Below, one piece after another: positions 61,546 through 64,000 of a stretch of DNA of 64,000 nt; within the stretch, counting starts at the first letter, position 1; every line of letters begins with the position of its first letter. Location of the stretch: contig OZ245817.1 of assembly GCA_965228475.1 (NCBI GenBank), forward strand, positions 1,760,001 to 1,824,000. The letters are read 5' to 3'. The DNA comes from Myxococcota bacterium. Lineage in GTDB: Bacteria > Myxococcota_A > UBA9160 > JAFDDA01. The notes below the pieces were generated by a model that worked only from the letters and a program-made list of their open reading frames with translations, was not told the DNA's origin and did not search any database. Position numbers and translations under genes: made by a program.

Positions 61546-61575
61546 GGGGAATCCTCCTGGGGCGGCAGGGCGCTG

Positions 61576-61612
61576 CCGACCGATGGTCAGTAATTAAATG
61601 ACCATTGGTCGG
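61576..61612. promoter_or_regulatory. Double TetR-type operator
   Basis: CCGACCGATGGTCA and TGACCATTGGTCGG (inverted pair, each GACC-N3-GGTC) around an AT-rich core, between divergent genes. Confidence 0.75.
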
Positions 61613-61652
61613 TTGTCAATCCCCGCCCGGACGGGAATACTCTGCCCGAGCC

Positions 61653-62318
61653 ATGGCCGAAGACACCGCGAGACCCCGGTTCCAGCGCGCCCGCCGCGAG
61701 GCGGAGAAGGCCGAGCGCCGCGCGGCCATCCTCGGCGCCGCCGGGGCGCTCCTCGCCGCGACGGGCTTCGAGGGGTTCTCGATGTCGGTGCTGGCCAGGA
61801 AGAGCGGGATCGCCAAGGGCACGCTCTACCTCTACTTCGAGACGCGCGAGGAGGTGCTGCTCGCGCTCTTCGTCGAGAAGCTCGCCGCCTTCAACCGGGC
61901 GCTCCTCGCCCGGCTCGAGCCCGGCATGGCCGACGAGGCCTTCGCCCGGGCCTTCCAGGAGGCCTCGGCGGGGGACCCGGCGTTCCTCGCCCTGCGTGCG
62001 CGGCTCGAGAGCGTGATCGAGCACAACGTCTCCCTCGAGCGCCTGGTCGAGGCGAAGCGCGCCATGCGTTCCGTGGTGGAGGCGCTCGCTCCCCGCGTCG
62101 AGGAGGTGCTCGGCCTCGCGCCGGGCACCGGCGCGCCCCTCGTCGTCTGCCTGGGGGCGCTTCACGTCGGTGCCGCGCAGTCCGAGACCGGCCCTGCAGC
62201 GGCCGGACTCGATCTCCCCGAAGACGTGGCCGAGTTCATGAATCTCCACCGCGAGCTCGACGTCTTTCGAGAGGCTGCGCCGATGATCATCGCCGGCATG
62301 CGCCGCGGGGCCGGTTAA
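61653..62318 (+). CDS. TetR family regulator
   Basis: RRAAIL.AA, GIAKGTLYLYFETREEVLL. Confidence 0.93.
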   Translation: MAEDTARPRFQRARREAEKAERRAAILGAAGALLAATGFEGFSMSVLARKSGIAKGTLYLYFETREEVLLALFVEKLAAFNRALLARLEPGMADEAFARAFQEASAGDPAFLALRARLESVIEHNVSLERLVEAKRAMRSVVEALAPRVEEVLGLAPGTGAPLVVCLGALHVGAAQSETGPAAAGLDLPEDVAEFMNLHRELDVFREAAPMIIAGMRRGAG

Positions 62319-62371
62319 GGCACTCGCGGCAGGCGGCCGGTACCCTGACCGGCCTGCCAAGGAGGGCTCCC

Positions 62372-63175
62372 ATGAACGTTCTTTCCCGACCCCCGATCCT
62401 GCTCGCTCTCGGCCTGGCCGCGAGCCTCTTCTTCGTCGCACCGGCTGCCGACGCCGAGGACACCCGGATCCGCATGCCCGGAGGTCTCCAGACGGCGCCC
62501 CTCGAGACGCCGGAGAAGGTCAAGGAGATCTCGCCCAGCGAGGAGATCCAGCGGCGGACGACTCCCGTGCTGCCCGAGCGGCCCTCGGGACTCACGCCGA
62601 AGCTCCCGACCGCCCCCGAGCTTCCGACCGGCCGGAGCCCCCTCGGCCTGAAGTCCCGCACCGACATGCCCGGCGGCGACCGCTTCAAGGCGCCGAACCT
62701 GCCGAACCGGGGGCCGGGCCACGCCAGGCCCGGCGAGCTTCTGGGCCGCGGCTTCATGGGCAACCTCCAGAACTGCGTGCCCGCCTCGAACTGTTACGGC
62801 GGCAGCAAGCCCTGCTACCGCGAGGTGTCCCAGGGCGACCCGATCGTTTCGCTCGTGGGCATCGCCGGCGGCGGCAGCCCGGTTCAGCAGAAGGCCGCCT
62901 TCCGCATCCGCCTGTGCACGAGCGACAGCGACCCGGTCTGCGAGGACGCGAGCGACGACCAGCGGCTGAACTACAGCGTCTTCAACCACGCGAACGCCGA
63001 CCCGTACGTGCTGGCGCTCCAGCTCTCGACGAGCGGCGCGACCGACACCGGCCCCTACACCGAGATCGGCCCGCACAACTTCCTCGGCGTGGTCTGCTTG
63101 AACGGCGACCAGCCCTGCCGCTTCGCCTGGCAATACTGCGAACTCCCGCCGAACGACCCGGGGCAGACGCAGTAG
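62372..63175 (+). CDS. Secreted hypothetical protein, Pro-rich linker plus Cys-rich domain
   Basis: AAGGAGG RBS; signal peptide; eight Cys in the C-terminal half. Confidence 0.72.
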   Translation: MNVLSRPPILLALGLAASLFFVAPAADAEDTRIRMPGGLQTAPLETPEKVKEISPSEEIQRRTTPVLPERPSGLTPKLPTAPELPTGRSPLGLKSRTDMPGGDRFKAPNLPNRGPGHARPGELLGRGFMGNLQNCVPASNCYGGSKPCYREVSQGDPIVSLVGIAGGGSPVQQKAAFRIRLCTSDSDPVCEDASDDQRLNYSVFNHANADPYVLALQLSTSGATDTGPYTEIGPHNFLGVVCLNGDQPCRFAWQYCELPPNDPGQTQ

Positions 63176-63184
63176 AATCTCGCC

Positions 63185-64000
63185 ATGGATTTCGACATCC
63201 CCGCCGAGCTGCAGGCCTACCTCGCGGAGCTCGACGCCTTCATCGAAGCGGAGATCCGGCCGCTCGAGGAGCAGGACGACAACGTCCGCTTCTTCGATCA
63301 CCGCCGGGAAGACGCGCGCACCGACTGGGAGCGCGGCGGGCTTCCGAACGAAGACTGGGAGGCGCTGCTCGCCGAGGCGCGGCGGCGCGCCGACGCGGCC
63401 GGGCACTACCGCTACCCGTTCCCCGCCGCGTACGGCGGGCGCGACGGCACGAACCTCGGCATGGCCGTCATCCGGGAGCACCTGGCCCGCAAGGGGCTCG
63501 GCCTCCACAACGACCTCCAGAACGAACACTCCATCGTCGGCAACAACGTCGGCCTGCTCCTGATGCTCGAGTACGGCAGCGAGGCGCAGAAGGCGGAGTG
63601 GGTCGACGACCTCGCCGCCGGCCGGCGCGGGTTCGCCTTCGGCATCACCGAGCCGGCCCACGGTTCGGACGCCACGTGGATGGAGACCCAGGCCGTTCGC
63701 GACGGTGAGGGCTGGATCCTCAACGGCGAGAAGACCTGGAACACGGGCATCCACAAGGCGCCCTACGACATGGTGATGGCGCGGACGTCCGGGGAGCCCG
63801 GCGACGGCCTCGGCATCACGGCCTTCCTCGTACCGATGGATGCGCCGGGCGTGAAGGTCGAGGAGATGCTCTGGACCTTCAACATGCCGACGGACCACGG
63901 CCGCGTCTCCTTCACGGACGTGCGCGTGCCGGACACGGCGATCTTCGGCGGGGAAGGGCGCGGGCTCGGCGTGGTCCAGCACTTCTTCAACGAGAACCGC
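63185..64000 (+). CDS. Acyl-CoA dehydrogenase (3' truncated; not in the ORF track)
   Basis: MDFDIPAEL..., FAFGITEPAHGSDA, WILNGEKTWNTG, ITAFLVP; frame open to the window end. Confidence 0.92.
   Translation, partial: MDFDIPAELQAYLAELDAFIEAEIRPLEEQDDNVRFFDHRREDARTDWERGGLPNEDWEALLAEARRRADAAGHYRYPFPAAYGGRDGTNLGMAVIREHLARKGLGLHNDLQNEHSIVGNNVGLLLMLEYGSEAQKAEWVDDLAAGRRGFAFGITEPAHGSDATWMETQAVRDGEGWILNGEKTWNTGIHKAPYDMVMARTSGEPGDGLGITAFLVPMDAPGVKVEEMLWTFNMPTDHGRVSFTDVRVPDTAIFGGEGRGLGVVQHFFNENR

Overview
Very GC-rich bacterial chromosome segment. The flagellar genes, PEP-CTERM proteins and tig-clpP-clpX-lon block suggest a flagellated Myxococcota/deltaproteobacterial-type organism (inference only). In order: end of a flagellar hook operon (fliK fragment, flgD, flgE); a putative surface-glycan tailoring locus (three ATP-grasp enzymes, glycosyltransferase, Zn-dehydrogenase, transaldolase, FkbM methyltransferase, sulfotransferase, LarA-family racemase); amidase-rph-rdgB; two divergent ECF sigma genes with matching GTAACC-N16-CGTA promoters and an NrsF-type anti-sigma; CstA, acyl-CoA ligase, MBL hydrolase, AbgT, VanZ; a Ddl-like ligase, KamA-like aminomutase, MurJ and 5-oxoprolinase run; four tRNAs (Lys-CTT, Leu-TAG, Val-TAC, Asp-GTC); a 1277-aa alternating-repeat surface protein; a SoxR-like regulator with its 19-bp-spacer promoter; tig-clpP-clpX-lon; an integrase-less 2-kb islet in tRNA-Asp; lipid-metabolism genes and regulators; a stand-alone minimal secretin. 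Best candidates for undescribed biology: the aminomutase/ligase/flippase run (substrate-site substitutions are visible) and the tRNA-Asp islet. All product calls come from motif recognition by eye; no searches were run.
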